Shown here in pieces: positions 1 to 9,304 of a stretch of 64,000 nt of DNA. How positions within the stretch are numbered: the stretch's first letter is position 1; each line of letters opens with the position of its first letter. Origin of the DNA: a virus; IMG/VR virus record IMGVR_UViG_3300045988_122191, positions 44,922 to 108,921 of that record. The stretch is one strand, 5' to 3'. The translations under genes and the position numbers were made by a program. The notes beneath the pieces are model-generated. The model made no database searches. It was not told the DNA's origin and was given only the letters and a program-made list of their open reading frames with translations.

Positions 1-267
1 TTTGAGGAACAACTGCAGGCGCGTGTTGATAAGATTAACAGCACAAGAGAGAAAGAATTAAACGAGGCCCTGTCAATGCTAAAGTTCGTTACTCAGAAAT
101 ATAACGAGGTATCCCTTGTGTTTAAGGAAGTTATGGGTAGTGACCTGTCTGAAATCATTTCTGTATTCTCAAAGAACGCTGAGTCTTTAAAGGCAAGTGT
201 CAGTGCATTGGCAGAAGATTTTAGTAAGTATGTATCTGAACAGGGTGATAGCGATGACAGTGTTTGA
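1..267 (+). CDS. hypothetical protein, 5' partial (tail module; possible tail assembly chaperone)
   Basis: ORF open from the window start in frame 1; stop TGA at 265-267. It lies directly upstream of the tape measure gene, the position usually occupied by chaperone G. Confidence 0.4.
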   Translation, partial: FEEQLQARVDKINSTREKELNEALSMLKFVTQKYNEVSLVFKEVMGSDLSEIISVFSKNAESLKASVSALAEDFSKYVSEQGDSDDSV

Positions 268-673
268 TAGCTTTGCAGAGCTTGAAGCACATTTAATGGA
301 GGAGCTTAGGAGTGTTATACATAACGACATTCCTCCTATAGTTGATGACGTCATAAAGGAACATATCAACTCGGACGTCTATTCGTACAGCCCTGAATGG
401 TATGACCGTAGAGGTATGATGAAATCTGGTGAGAACCTAAAACATTACGAAGGGGATCTGTCTCTCTTAGTAACAGATGAGACTCCAGGTAACACGCCAG
501 TGTTCCCCGGCTATCAACCGTCTGGCACAGACCTAAGCTTCATTATAAATACAGGCGCACAAGGAAACGGGAATGGCATGTGGAGAAAAGCGTTTGCCAG
601 ACCTTACATAGATAATGCACAAAAGGACGTCAATGCGAAGGTCATTGACGTCCTTCATTCTAAATTTGGATAA
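254..673 (+). CDS. hypothetical protein (possible tail assembly chaperone partner)
   Basis: ATG at 254 overlaps the upstream stop (ATGA). 140-aa ORF ends 19 nt before the TMP start. It is in the +1 frame relative to the upstream ORF. Confidence 0.4.
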   Translation: MTVFDSFAELEAHLMEELRSVIHNDIPPIVDDVIKEHINSDVYSYSPEWYDRRGMMKSGENLKHYEGDLSLLVTDETPGNTPVFPGYQPSGTDLSFIINTGAQGNGNGMWRKAFARPYIDNAQKDVNAKVIDVLHSKFG

Positions 674-691
674 TATCAAGGTGGTGAGATC

Positions 692-3600
692 GTGGCGGAA
701 GAATTTGGCGTAAAGGTAAAACTTATACCTGAGTTTGACAGTAATGCTTTAAAGACTGCTGCTAGTGCGGCTGCTGGAAAGAGTGGTGTAAAGGTAAATC
801 TCCTGCCCGTAATTGATACTAAGGGGCTGCAGAGCGCTGTCAATGCCGCAGCAAAGAACTTAGTTCTGAATATAGATGACGTAAAGATCAACGGCAAGAG
901 TGGTCGAGGTAGTGGTGCTAGTTCTGGCGGGAGCGGCAGTTCTGGAAGCAAAAGGTCGTCCGCCACTAACATCGAACCTCTTATCAAATATTATAAAAAT
1001 CTTGTAGATTATATTCGGAAGAACCCGTCTGTGCAAAAAGACAAGACCCTAGCTAGTGACCTATCTAATGAGAAAAAAGCGCTAGCTAATCTTGTTAGAG
1101 GTGCTATCCAGACTGGGTCTTATAGCAAGGATGGGTTTGCTAATAGCAAAAATAAAATTGCTGCAATACAAAATGCGGCTAGGGGCCGAGGTTTGGAGGA
1201 TACTTCTACTCCGAATAGGGCAGTCGCAACGCTTCAGAAACAAGTCGATGCCATCCGTGAAAAGGCAGCTAAATATAGCACGTCGGCGGATACTACGAGG
1301 GTAGAAACCGAGTTAAAAAAAGCGGAGGGTGCGATCCATCAACTTAGCCAACTTGGGACGGTGTCCGCTGAAAGCTTTGGTAAAGTTGAATCTTCGGCGA
1401 AAGCAGCTATCGCATCTGCCAAGGGAGCGATGGATAGTCTCTCTGCTTCAGTTAAAGATACGTCTAACGATTTAGTCCCCGTATATAACCTTTTAAAAAA
1501 AATATCCAGCATGGATCAACCGAAGAAGCTCTCGTTGCTGGATGATGCTGATATTAACGACCTGAAGTCTTACAAGGATCAACTTGAAGCTATTGTCGAG
1601 GCTGGGTCATACAGCAAATCAGATTTAAGAAAAATCACTTCAGGCGTCGCAGGGATAGATTACAAACAAAACAACATAAGTACCGGGTTTAAATCAGAAG
1701 TTCTTTCTATAGCGCAGGGCGTGACAGTAGCCGAAGCAATTCAAGGTGCTTTTTACAAAGCAAAGCAAGTTGCTACGGAAATGGTTACTGCTGTTAGGGA
1801 TATCAATGACGCGCTAACTCAGCTTACCATTGTTACTGGAAAGAGTGGCTCAGAACTCGACTCGTTCTTCCAGAGGGCGGCAGACTCAGCATATAATATG
1901 GGGCACAGTGTCACAGAGGTTCTTGGGTCTGTCGAGACATTCACCCGTCTTGGCTATGGATTAGAAGACGCCTCTACTCTTGCTGATGCTGCAACTATCA
2001 TGTCAAATGTTGCCGACACGACAGTGAGTGCGTCAACGACTGGTTTAACTTCTATTATTAAGAGCTACGGTCTTGAAGCTTCTGATGCCACTCGTGTTTC
2101 TGACGTTTTGGCTAAAGTCGGTAAAGATTATGCTATTAGCGCAGAAGAACTAATGACTGCTCTGGAGCGTGGTGGTGCGGCTCTTAACGTAGCTAACACA
2201 TCCTTCGAAGAATCTGTTGCCCTCGCGGCAGCCGGAAACGCCGCAATTCAGGACCCAATTAAAACGGGCACAGCTTTAAAAACAATGTCCGCAAGAATCC
2301 GCACATCTAAGCCTGAACTCGAAGAACTCGGTGAAGACTACGACGACGTTGCGACATCCGCTGCAAAATATCGCGCAGAAATTAAAGCGTTGTCTGGCGT
2401 TGATATTATGGAAAACGCCACTACCTATAAGTCGATTTACGATATCATGGTAGAGATTGCAAGCGTTTGGGATAAGATGTCTGATACAGACCAGGCAGCA
2501 TTGCTTGAGCGCATCGCTGGTAAGAATCAGTCCAATGTTGTTGCTGGCATTATCACTAACCTAAAGGACTTGACTGGCGCTTATGACGAAGCGCTGAGTG
2601 CTTCCGGAGAAACTGAAGTAGCTAATGAGGTCGTTATGGACTCAATCTCCGGTAAGGTTGGTCAGTTCAAAGAACAGTTTGAAGAGCTTTCTTACAACAC
2701 TATAAATTCTGACCTGGTAAAGGGTGTAGTGTCTGGTGGCACGGGCATCTTAGGATTTCTAAATAAAGCAATAGAACTATTCCACCAGCTTGGCCCCGTC
2801 GCAACAGCAACCGAGGCCGCACTTGCTGGCGTGGCTGGTGTTAAGTTAGCAAAAGGCGGAATGGATATAGTCAAGCAGCTTGCTACTGGCGATAAGAAAG
2901 ACTCCTTTAGCGGCATACTCGCCAACAAGACTTTATCCGGAGTTGATAAGGCTAAAGGCGCGATTAGTGGTCTATGGGGGGTTATAGCCGCTCATCCTGT
3001 TGCGTCTGCAGTGGTTGCTGTTGGTGCGTTGGCTACAGCGTTTGCTATTACCGCAATGAAGGCAGAGTCCCTTGATAGCAAGATCGAAAAGCTACAAGCT
3101 TCCACGGAGTCTTATAAGGCTGCACAGACAGATGTAGATAACACGAAAACGCAGATAGACGCTAACCAAAAGATTATTGATAATATCAGAGATCAAGGTT
3201 ATACAAGTCTTACTGACGAAGGTACGGTCGCAAAACTTCAAAGGGAAAACGAAGGGCTTCGGCGCTCTCTTGCGTACAAAAAAGAAGTAGCCGAGACGGA
3301 ATCCAAAAAGGTACATGACGATGCGTTAGACGTTATAACTTCAAGCGGCGGTGCGTGGGATTCTATCTCGTCTGCTTTTACTGGGGATTATGACGGTCTT
3401 CTTGGTGAGAGACTTATCAGCGCCTCTAAAGACATCCTTGAATATACTAAAGACGTTGACGACTTAAAAGAAAAATTAAGTGACGATAGTATTTCTGAGT
3501 ATACGAGAAATGGTTATGAGGCTGGTCTCGAACAAACAGAGAAAATGCTTGAGTCGGCAAAAGGGTCTGCCCAGGAATATGTCTCTGTTATTGAAGACAC

Positions 3601-6600
3601 GTTAAGCGGTTTTAAAGCAGCAACGCCCGAAGAGCAAAAATATGTCGATCTACTCCGTGAAGCAGAGGCCGCTTACGTACAAGCGATGGACGCTGCTGAA
3701 GGAAAAAGCGTTGAAGAAATCATTGGTGATGGGTTTGCAGCGGACGGAGCCTTATCTTCTTTGGTTGATGACTTTTATAACCTTGGTGACGCTGGAGATG
3801 TAACCGAGCAGTCTGTTTTAGCGCTTGCTGGTGAATTTGACGAGCTGGATACCTTCATGCAAATACATGGTATCACCGCGCAACAACTTTGTGATTACTA
3901 TAATAACCTAGCAGACGCCACCGACCGCGCACTATCTTCCGAAGAACAGTATGGTTACGTATTACAAGATGTAATCTCCTTCGGGAAGAGTATGCAAAAT
4001 TATCAAAATATGTCGAAGTCTTATACGCCGTATGATGAGACTGTAAAGGCATATGATAATATGATGCAGTATCAAAAGACTGGTATGACTGGTCTTGGCA
4101 ACGAAAGCTATTGGGGTTTTTTGAAGGAAAACTTCACGGGTTTCGATGATGTTGATATCGACAATGTTGGAGAGAAAAGGAAGCAAGCAGAAAAACTATT
4201 AAGAGAGTATGACTCGATCTACAGAAATAGAGATAAGGATGGCAACTTAACGGCGTCCGGTGTTCAAGCATTCTTTGATAAAATGAGTTCCAACAAAAAG
4301 GTGCAAGACATACTGAAGAAAAATGGAGACTCATTCACAAAGGATAAGAATGGCGATTATGACTGGAACATCCCGGTTAGTCACTTTAAAGAGGTTGCAG
4401 AAGCACTCGGTCTGTCAAGAGAAGGGTTTGAGTCTTTGATTGCTGCGGCTGGGAACTATGTTGATATAGACTGGTCAGACGACGCCGGAATGAACTATTT
4501 TGAGCGGCTTAAGAAGTACGCGAAAGAAGCTGGAGACTCTATAGAGAATACGAAAGAGTATACAGTTGCATCCAAAGAAGCTATCTCAAAAGCGTCAGAG
4601 GCTGCAGGGAAAACTGAAGAAGAGTTCTCTAAAAAATATCAGGAAAAACAAAAGAAAATTCTGTATACAGACCTCGGAAGCGGGTATTACCAGACTGATT
4701 ACAGCTCTATGGAAAAAGCCGCGAAAGATGCTGGCACAAATGTAACTAGGTATGTACAAGGGCTTGAAGCATCTATGGGCAAGAAGATTATACTGTCTAT
4801 GGATGTTGATACAGTAAATGCTGAAAAAGAGATTGGTACGTTTGTAGAGGATGAAAACGGTAAAACGATCCAGGTCTATTCAAAGGCAGATCCAGAATCT
4901 ATTGAGAGAATAAAGAAGGAGTACGAGGGACAGGACGTCACTATCAAAGTTCGCACCCAGTACGGCGGCGAGACAAAGACAGTCGAGGCAGCAGGTGACG
5001 CCGGTAATGAAAAAATAATTAAGGTCTCTGTGGCTGGCATAGAACAGGCAGGTACGCAGCTAGACGCACTTCAGGGTAAGTACGAAGCACTTCGGTCTAA
5101 GCCAAATATTACAAAGACTGTCACAACGAATTACGTAGAGAATCACACCATCAATACAATCAAGAAGACAACATCGTCCGGAAGCAATTCTAACCGCTAT
5201 GCTGGCTTGACCTTAAACAGCAGTAGCGGAGGCGCTAGACGGAGACAGACGAATGGGTCTAAGGCTAACGGTACTGCTTTCGCTCAGGGTACTTCTGGTT
5301 TCTGGGGCGCTGGAGGCTCTGGTACTGCTCTCGGTGGTGAAGTCGGCCCAGAGCTATTGGTGAGAGATGGCTCGTTCTATATAATCGGGCAGGACGGTGC
5401 GGAGTTCTTTGATTATCGTTCTCATGATATAATCTTTAATGCCGCTCAGACGGAAGAGCTTTTTAAGAAGGGTAAGCTTCGCGGCTCTGACACGCGCGGC
5501 AAGACAGCTATGGCGGACGGTACTGCTTTTGCCGGGGGAGCCGGGGGAAAAAATAACTTTGGCAATCCGAAACCTGGTGTCCGTGGTGACAGCAGTTTGA
5601 AGTCAGGAGGCTCCTCTGGTTCCAGCAAGAAGTCAGGCGGGGGTAAAAAAAAGACTGGCGGCGGAAAGAAAAAGGGCGGCGGTAAAAAGAGAGGATCCGG
5701 CTCAAAGTCAGATGCCGAATTTTTCGATTGGGTCGAGGTCAAGCTTCAGCGGATTGAAGAGGCTATTGAGAAGATTGGTATTGCAGCTGATAGCGTTTAT
5801 GGCACCACAAAAACTCGGAACGATGCTTTGAGAGAGAGTATCAAAAAACTCAATAGTGAAATTTCTTTGCAGGGCAAGGCGTATAATTATTACATTAAGA
5901 AGGCAAATTCTGTTGGCTTGAAAAAAGAGTATAAGAACAAAGTCCAGAATGGCGCGATTGATATTGATAAGATTTCCAATAAGAAATTAAAAGAGAAAAT
6001 CAGTCAGTATCAAGAGTGGTACAACAAAGCTCAAGATTGCAAGAAGCAAGTAGAAGAACTCAAGGTTAGCGTCGGTGACGCTTATAAAGAGATCTTCGAC
6101 AACTATTCTAAGCGAGCACAGGAAACCCTTGATAGGCTTGAAGATCATCGTGATTCTATACAAGCATTTATTGACCTTGCAGAAGAAGCTGGTTATAAGA
6201 TAAGCTCGAAGTATTACGAGGTTATGGTTGAAAGCGAAGGTAAGACTAGTGCGCGTCTTATCGAAAAGAGAAAAGGACTTGTAGAAAAACTGAATAAGGC
6301 GGTTGACTCAGGATTTGTTAAGACCGGGTCTGAAGCATGGTACGAGATGCGTCATGAGATCGACCAGCTTACCACCTCTATCATTGAAGCAGATGAAGCT
6401 ATAAAGAAGTATCAGAACGAACTAAGACAATTAAACTGGGACAAGTTTGACGACATGCAAGATGGCTTTTCAAAGCTAACAGACGAAGCCGAATTTCTGA
6501 TTGATTTGATGAGCGAGAAAGACTTGTTTGACGATAACGGCGCTATCACTAACGAGGGTATTGCCACAAGAGCATTGCACGCTCAAAATTACAACGTATA

Positions 6601-8119
6601 TATGGCCCAGGCTGATCAGTACGCTGAGGCTATTGCTGAAATCAATAAGTCTATCGCAAACGACCCGTACAACACAAAGTTGCTAGAGCGTCGTGAAGAT
6701 TTGATTGAGTCACATAGGGACGCTATTCTTGCGGCCAATGACGAAAAGGATGCACTAAAGGACTTAGCCGAAGATGGTTTTGATGCCCTGCTGGATTCTT
6801 TAAAGGATGTCATTGATGAATATGAAAAAGCATTAGATAGTGCAAAAGATTTGTATGACTATCAGAAAAATATTGACGAGCAAGTAAAGAACATATCAAA
6901 GCTTGAGAAGCAACTGACCGCCTATTCTGGCGACGCCTCAGAAGAATCTAAGAAGACTGTCCAACAGCTGAAGAACGACCTGAAGGAAGCTAAGGATGAT
7001 TTGGCTGACAGCCAGTATGACAAATATGTGTCTGACACAAAAGAGCTTCTAGACGACCTTGTTGATAATTTTGAAGAGTTTATAAATGAGCGCCTCGATG
7101 ACGTGGACAAGTTGTTGTCCGACGCAATTGAGTCAGCAAACAAAAACGCGGACACAATCGCAAGTACAATTAACAGCGCAACAAAAGAGGTCGGATCTTC
7201 CCTGTCCGACTCAATGCGGTCTATCTGGGATGCCAACAGCTCTAAGGATATCCTGTCTAACTACTCTGAGAGCTTCAGTGAAGAATGCACAACCTTGAAT
7301 GGCATACTGAACGAAATCAAAGGGTATGTCGCGCGGCTATATTCTACTGGGGACTCAGAGGCATCTGATAATATCAAGGATATAAAGAGCCAGACTAACG
7401 AAGGCAAAGGAACTCCGAAGCAAAGTGGCAGCGGCAACACTACAACCACAACAAAGAATCCTCCAGAAGATAAAAAGATGGACGGAATCTTTTATAAGAA
7501 GACATATACCAAAAGCAAGAAAAAACTGAAACCTAACAAATACTTCATTCATAGACTGAAGTATAAAGACTACGATTGGTCGATGAAGGCAAGAGACGAG
7601 TATTTTAAGAAGATGGGGTTCCAGGCTAAATATGGCGTGTACCATAAGGTTGGCGGCAAGTACAATAAGCAGATAATCAACTGGATGAAGAAGCGCGGCT
7701 ATGCGTCCGGTGCTCAAGACATCCCGCGTGATGAGTTGGCGTGGACTCAAGAGAACGGGCCTGAGACAATCGTCCGTAAGTCTGACGGCGCTCTGCTTAC
7801 CCAACTCAAGAGAGGCGATAGTATTCTGAACAAAAACGCTACCTCGAATATCTGGGATATGGCGAATGATCCACGTGATTTCATTGCTCGCACTATGAGT
7901 TTTGGCAACGGTTTGCCTGGCGTTAAGATTCCTGGCGGCACGGGTAACAATATCAAGAACTCTATTGATATGGAGATCGTACTACCCAATGTCTCAAACT
8001 ACAACGACTTTATGAACTCAGCTCGATCTGATCCTAAGTTCGAAAAGCTGGTTCAGGCAATGACCGTTGATAGACTAGCTGGCAGAAACACAAAAGGGAA
8101 AAATAATATTAAGTGGTGA
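692..8119 (+). CDS. tail tape measure protein (2475 aa)
   Basis: GTG start 5 nt after RBS AAGGTGGTGA. Very long alpha-helical/coiled-coil protein. The TP901-type TMP core (QLTIVTGKSG...TFTRLGYGLEDAST...) is present, with a Gly/Lys low-complexity linker. The conserved TMP C-terminal GPE motif occurs twice, at nt 5333-5474 and 7713-7856. Located immediately before Dit and Tal. Confidence 0.9.
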   Translation: MAEEFGVKVKLIPEFDSNALKTAASAAAGKSGVKVNLLPVIDTKGLQSAVNAAAKNLVLNIDDVKINGKSGRGSGASSGGSGSSGSKRSSATNIEPLIKYYKNLVDYIRKNPSVQKDKTLASDLSNEKKALANLVRGAIQTGSYSKDGFANSKNKIAAIQNAARGRGLEDTSTPNRAVATLQKQVDAIREKAAKYSTSADTTRVETELKKAEGAIHQLSQLGTVSAESFGKVESSAKAAIASAKGAMDSLSASVKDTSNDLVPVYNLLKKISSMDQPKKLSLLDDADINDLKSYKDQLEAIVEAGSYSKSDLRKITSGVAGIDYKQNNISTGFKSEVLSIAQGVTVAEAIQGAFYKAKQVATEMVTAVRDINDALTQLTIVTGKSGSELDSFFQRAADSAYNMGHSVTEVLGSVETFTRLGYGLEDASTLADAATIMSNVADTTVSASTTGLTSIIKSYGLEASDATRVSDVLAKVGKDYAISAEELMTALERGGAALNVANTSFEESVALAAAGNAAIQDPIKTGTALKTMSARIRTSKPELEELGEDYDDVATSAAKYRAEIKALSGVDIMENATTYKSIYDIMVEIASVWDKMSDTDQAALLERIAGKNQSNVVAGIITNLKDLTGAYDEALSASGETEVANEVVMDSISGKVGQFKEQFEELSYNTINSDLVKGVVSGGTGILGFLNKAIELFHQLGPVATATEAALAGVAGVKLAKGGMDIVKQLATGDKKDSFSGILANKTLSGVDKAKGAISGLWGVIAAHPVASAVVAVGALATAFAITAMKAESLDSKIEKLQASTESYKAAQTDVDNTKTQIDANQKIIDNIRDQGYTSLTDEGTVAKLQRENEGLRRSLAYKKEVAETESKKVHDDALDVITSSGGAWDSISSAFTGDYDGLLGERLISASKDILEYTKDVDDLKEKLSDDSISEYTRNGYEAGLEQTEKMLESAKGSAQEYVSVIEDTLSGFKAATPEEQKYVDLLREAEAAYVQAMDAAEGKSVEEIIGDGFAADGALSSLVDDFYNLGDAGDVTEQSVLALAGEFDELDTFMQIHGITAQQLCDYYNNLADATDRALSSEEQYGYVLQDVISFGKSMQNYQNMSKSYTPYDETVKAYDNMMQYQKTGMTGLGNESYWGFLKENFTGFDDVDIDNVGEKRKQAEKLLREYDSIYRNRDKDGNLTASGVQAFFDKMSSNKKVQDILKKNGDSFTKDKNGDYDWNIPVSHFKEVAEALGLSREGFESLIAAAGNYVDIDWSDDAGMNYFERLKKYAKEAGDSIENTKEYTVASKEAISKASEAAGKTEEEFSKKYQEKQKKILYTDLGSGYYQTDYSSMEKAAKDAGTNVTRYVQGLEASMGKKIILSMDVDTVNAEKEIGTFVEDENGKTIQVYSKADPESIERIKKEYEGQDVTIKVRTQYGGETKTVEAAGDAGNEKIIKVSVAGIEQAGTQLDALQGKYEALRSKPNITKTVTTNYVENHTINTIKKTTSSGSNSNRYAGLTLNSSSGGARRRQTNGSKANGTAFAQGTSGFWGAGGSGTALGGEVGPELLVRDGSFYIIGQDGAEFFDYRSHDIIFNAAQTEELFKKGKLRGSDTRGKTAMADGTAFAGGAGGKNNFGNPKPGVRGDSSLKSGGSSGSSKKSGGGKKKTGGGKKKGGGKKRGSGSKSDAEFFDWVEVKLQRIEEAIEKIGIAADSVYGTTKTRNDALRESIKKLNSEISLQGKAYNYYIKKANSVGLKKEYKNKVQNGAIDIDKISNKKLKEKISQYQEWYNKAQDCKKQVEELKVSVGDAYKEIFDNYSKRAQETLDRLEDHRDSIQAFIDLAEEAGYKISSKYYEVMVESEGKTSARLIEKRKGLVEKLNKAVDSGFVKTGSEAWYEMRHEIDQLTTSIIEADEAIKKYQNELRQLNWDKFDDMQDGFSKLTDEAEFLIDLMSEKDLFDDNGAITNEGIATRALHAQNYNVYMAQADQYAEAIAEINKSIANDPYNTKLLERREDLIESHRDAILAANDEKDALKDLAEDGFDALLDSLKDVIDEYEKALDSAKDLYDYQKNIDEQVKNISKLEKQLTAYSGDASEESKKTVQQLKNDLKEAKDDLADSQYDKYVSDTKELLDDLVDNFEEFINERLDDVDKLLSDAIESANKNADTIASTINSATKEVGSSLSDSMRSIWDANSSKDILSNYSESFSEECTTLNGILNEIKGYVARLYSTGDSEASDNIKDIKSQTNEGKGTPKQSGSGNTTTTTKNPPEDKKMDGIFYKKTYTKSKKKLKPNKYFIHRLKYKDYDWSMKARDEYFKKMGFQAKYGVYHKVGGKYNKQIINWMKKRGYASGAQDIPRDELAWTQENGPETIVRKSDGALLTQLKRGDSILNKNATSNIWDMANDPRDFIARTMSFGNGLPGVKIPGGTGNNIKNSIDMEIVLPNVSNYNDFMNSARSDPKFEKLVQAMTVDRLAGRNTKGKNNIKW

Positions 8120-8124
8120 TAGAA

Positions 8125-8153
8125 AACGGGAGCGGCTTTCTGCCGCTCCCGTT
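8125..8153 (+). promoter_or_regulatory. perfect 12-bp stem-loop immediately after the TMP stop (no U-tract)
   Basis: aacgggagcggc-tttct-gccgctcccgtt lies 6 nt after the TMP TGA. No T-run follows. Confidence 0.3.
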
Positions 8154-8175
8154 CATCACTATTGGAGGAAATGAT

Positions 8176-8469
8176 TTGGATTATAAAAGAAGGTATCAAA
8201 CTCAAAAGAACAAGTATGAGCGTTTGAGAGAAAAATATAATAATGCGTTGGCTGAGAAAAAGTTGTTCGAGACGCAATATTCCGACTCCCTAAAGGAGAT
8301 TGACTCGTTAAACGAAGAGATCTCTAATCTAAAGGTAGAGTTGTCCAAAGCAATTCTGGACGCAACAACGCAGAGTGAGAAGTGCGCTGTTCTAAATAAG
8401 AAAATGGGTAAGCTGTTTAAAGAGATTGAACAAGAGTTTTATAGACGCTACCAGACAGTAGCAGAATAA
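8176..8469 (+). CDS. small coiled-coil protein, hypothetical
   Basis: TTG start 7 nt after GGAGG. 97-aa ORF with heptad-like charged/hydrophobic pattern, sitting between TMP and Dit. Confidence 0.4.
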   Translation: MDYKRRYQTQKNKYERLREKYNNALAEKKLFETQYSDSLKEIDSLNEEISNLKVELSKAILDATTQSEKCAVLNKKMGKLFKEIEQEFYRRYQTVAE

Positions 8470-8488
8470 AAGAATAGGAGGTTACTAT

Positions 8489-9304
8489 ATGAGAGCAACA
8501 GATTTCATATATGATGGCGTGCAACTTAGTAGCCTCGGCTACATCGTATGCACGTTTGATAGCGGCGGCACCGACAGTAGTTCTGCTGGGTCTGAGATTA
8601 CTTTTAACTCTGTCAAGCAACACGGCGGAGTTTATTATGCTCAAACGGGAACGGAGTACGAGCAGTGTTTTTCCACCACATTTAGCATCTGCAAGAATAC
8701 CACAGATGGGCCTGGCCAGGAGATTTCCTTGGACGAGTACCGCAAGTTGATGCGTTGGTTAAACCGCAGACGGTTTTATGACTTTGCTTTGCTTGACCCA
8801 AAAGAAAACGGGTGGAAGGATATAACCTTCCAGGGAAGTTTCAACGTGGAAAAGATTGAGTTTGCCGGAAATATTATTGGGTTGAACCTTACCTTTAATA
8901 CTAACCGTCCGTTTGGCGTTGGTAAAGCTACTACTGTTGCGTTCTCTATAGAAGCCGCTAATGGCACTTATAATATAACAAACGACTCGGACGAGATTGG
9001 GGTACTTTATCCTGACCTCTTAGAAGTTACTTGTAAGCAGGCCGGGGATCTCTCTATTACTAATAATCTGGAAGGGCGGGTTACATTTATAACCGGCTGC
9101 ACTGCTGGAGAAAAGATAACAATGGACTGCGTAGACAAGATTGTCACATCTTCCCTAGCCTCCCACAAAAAGATTTATAACGATTTCAATTTCACATTCT
9201 TCCGGCTCTATAACTCTTATTCGGATCGCGTAAACACTATTACCTTCTCCATACCGTGTGACGTAAAAATTATTTACAGGCCGATACGGAAGGTGGTGTT
9301 CTAA
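8489..9304 (+). CDS. distal tail protein (Dit-like)
   Basis: RBS AGGAGG 8 nt upstream. 271-aa ORF immediately after the TMP and before Tal, the canonical siphovirus order. Size and position match the Dit family. Confidence 0.7.
   Translation: MRATDFIYDGVQLSSLGYIVCTFDSGGTDSSSAGSEITFNSVKQHGGVYYAQTGTEYEQCFSTTFSICKNTTDGPGQEISLDEYRKLMRWLNRRRFYDFALLDPKENGWKDITFQGSFNVEKIEFAGNIIGLNLTFNTNRPFGVGKATTVAFSIEAANGTYNITNDSDEIGVLYPDLLEVTCKQAGDLSITNNLEGRVTFITGCTAGEKITMDCVDKIVTSSLASHKKIYNDFNFTFFRLYNSYSDRVNTITFSIPCDVKIIYRPIRKVVF

Noticed and set aside
7086-7804. Antisense ORFs of 60-150 aa within the TMP gene (e.g. 7355-7804 on the - strand)
   Set aside because: These are embedded in the continuous 2475-aa TMP frame and have low-complexity, hydrophobic random composition.
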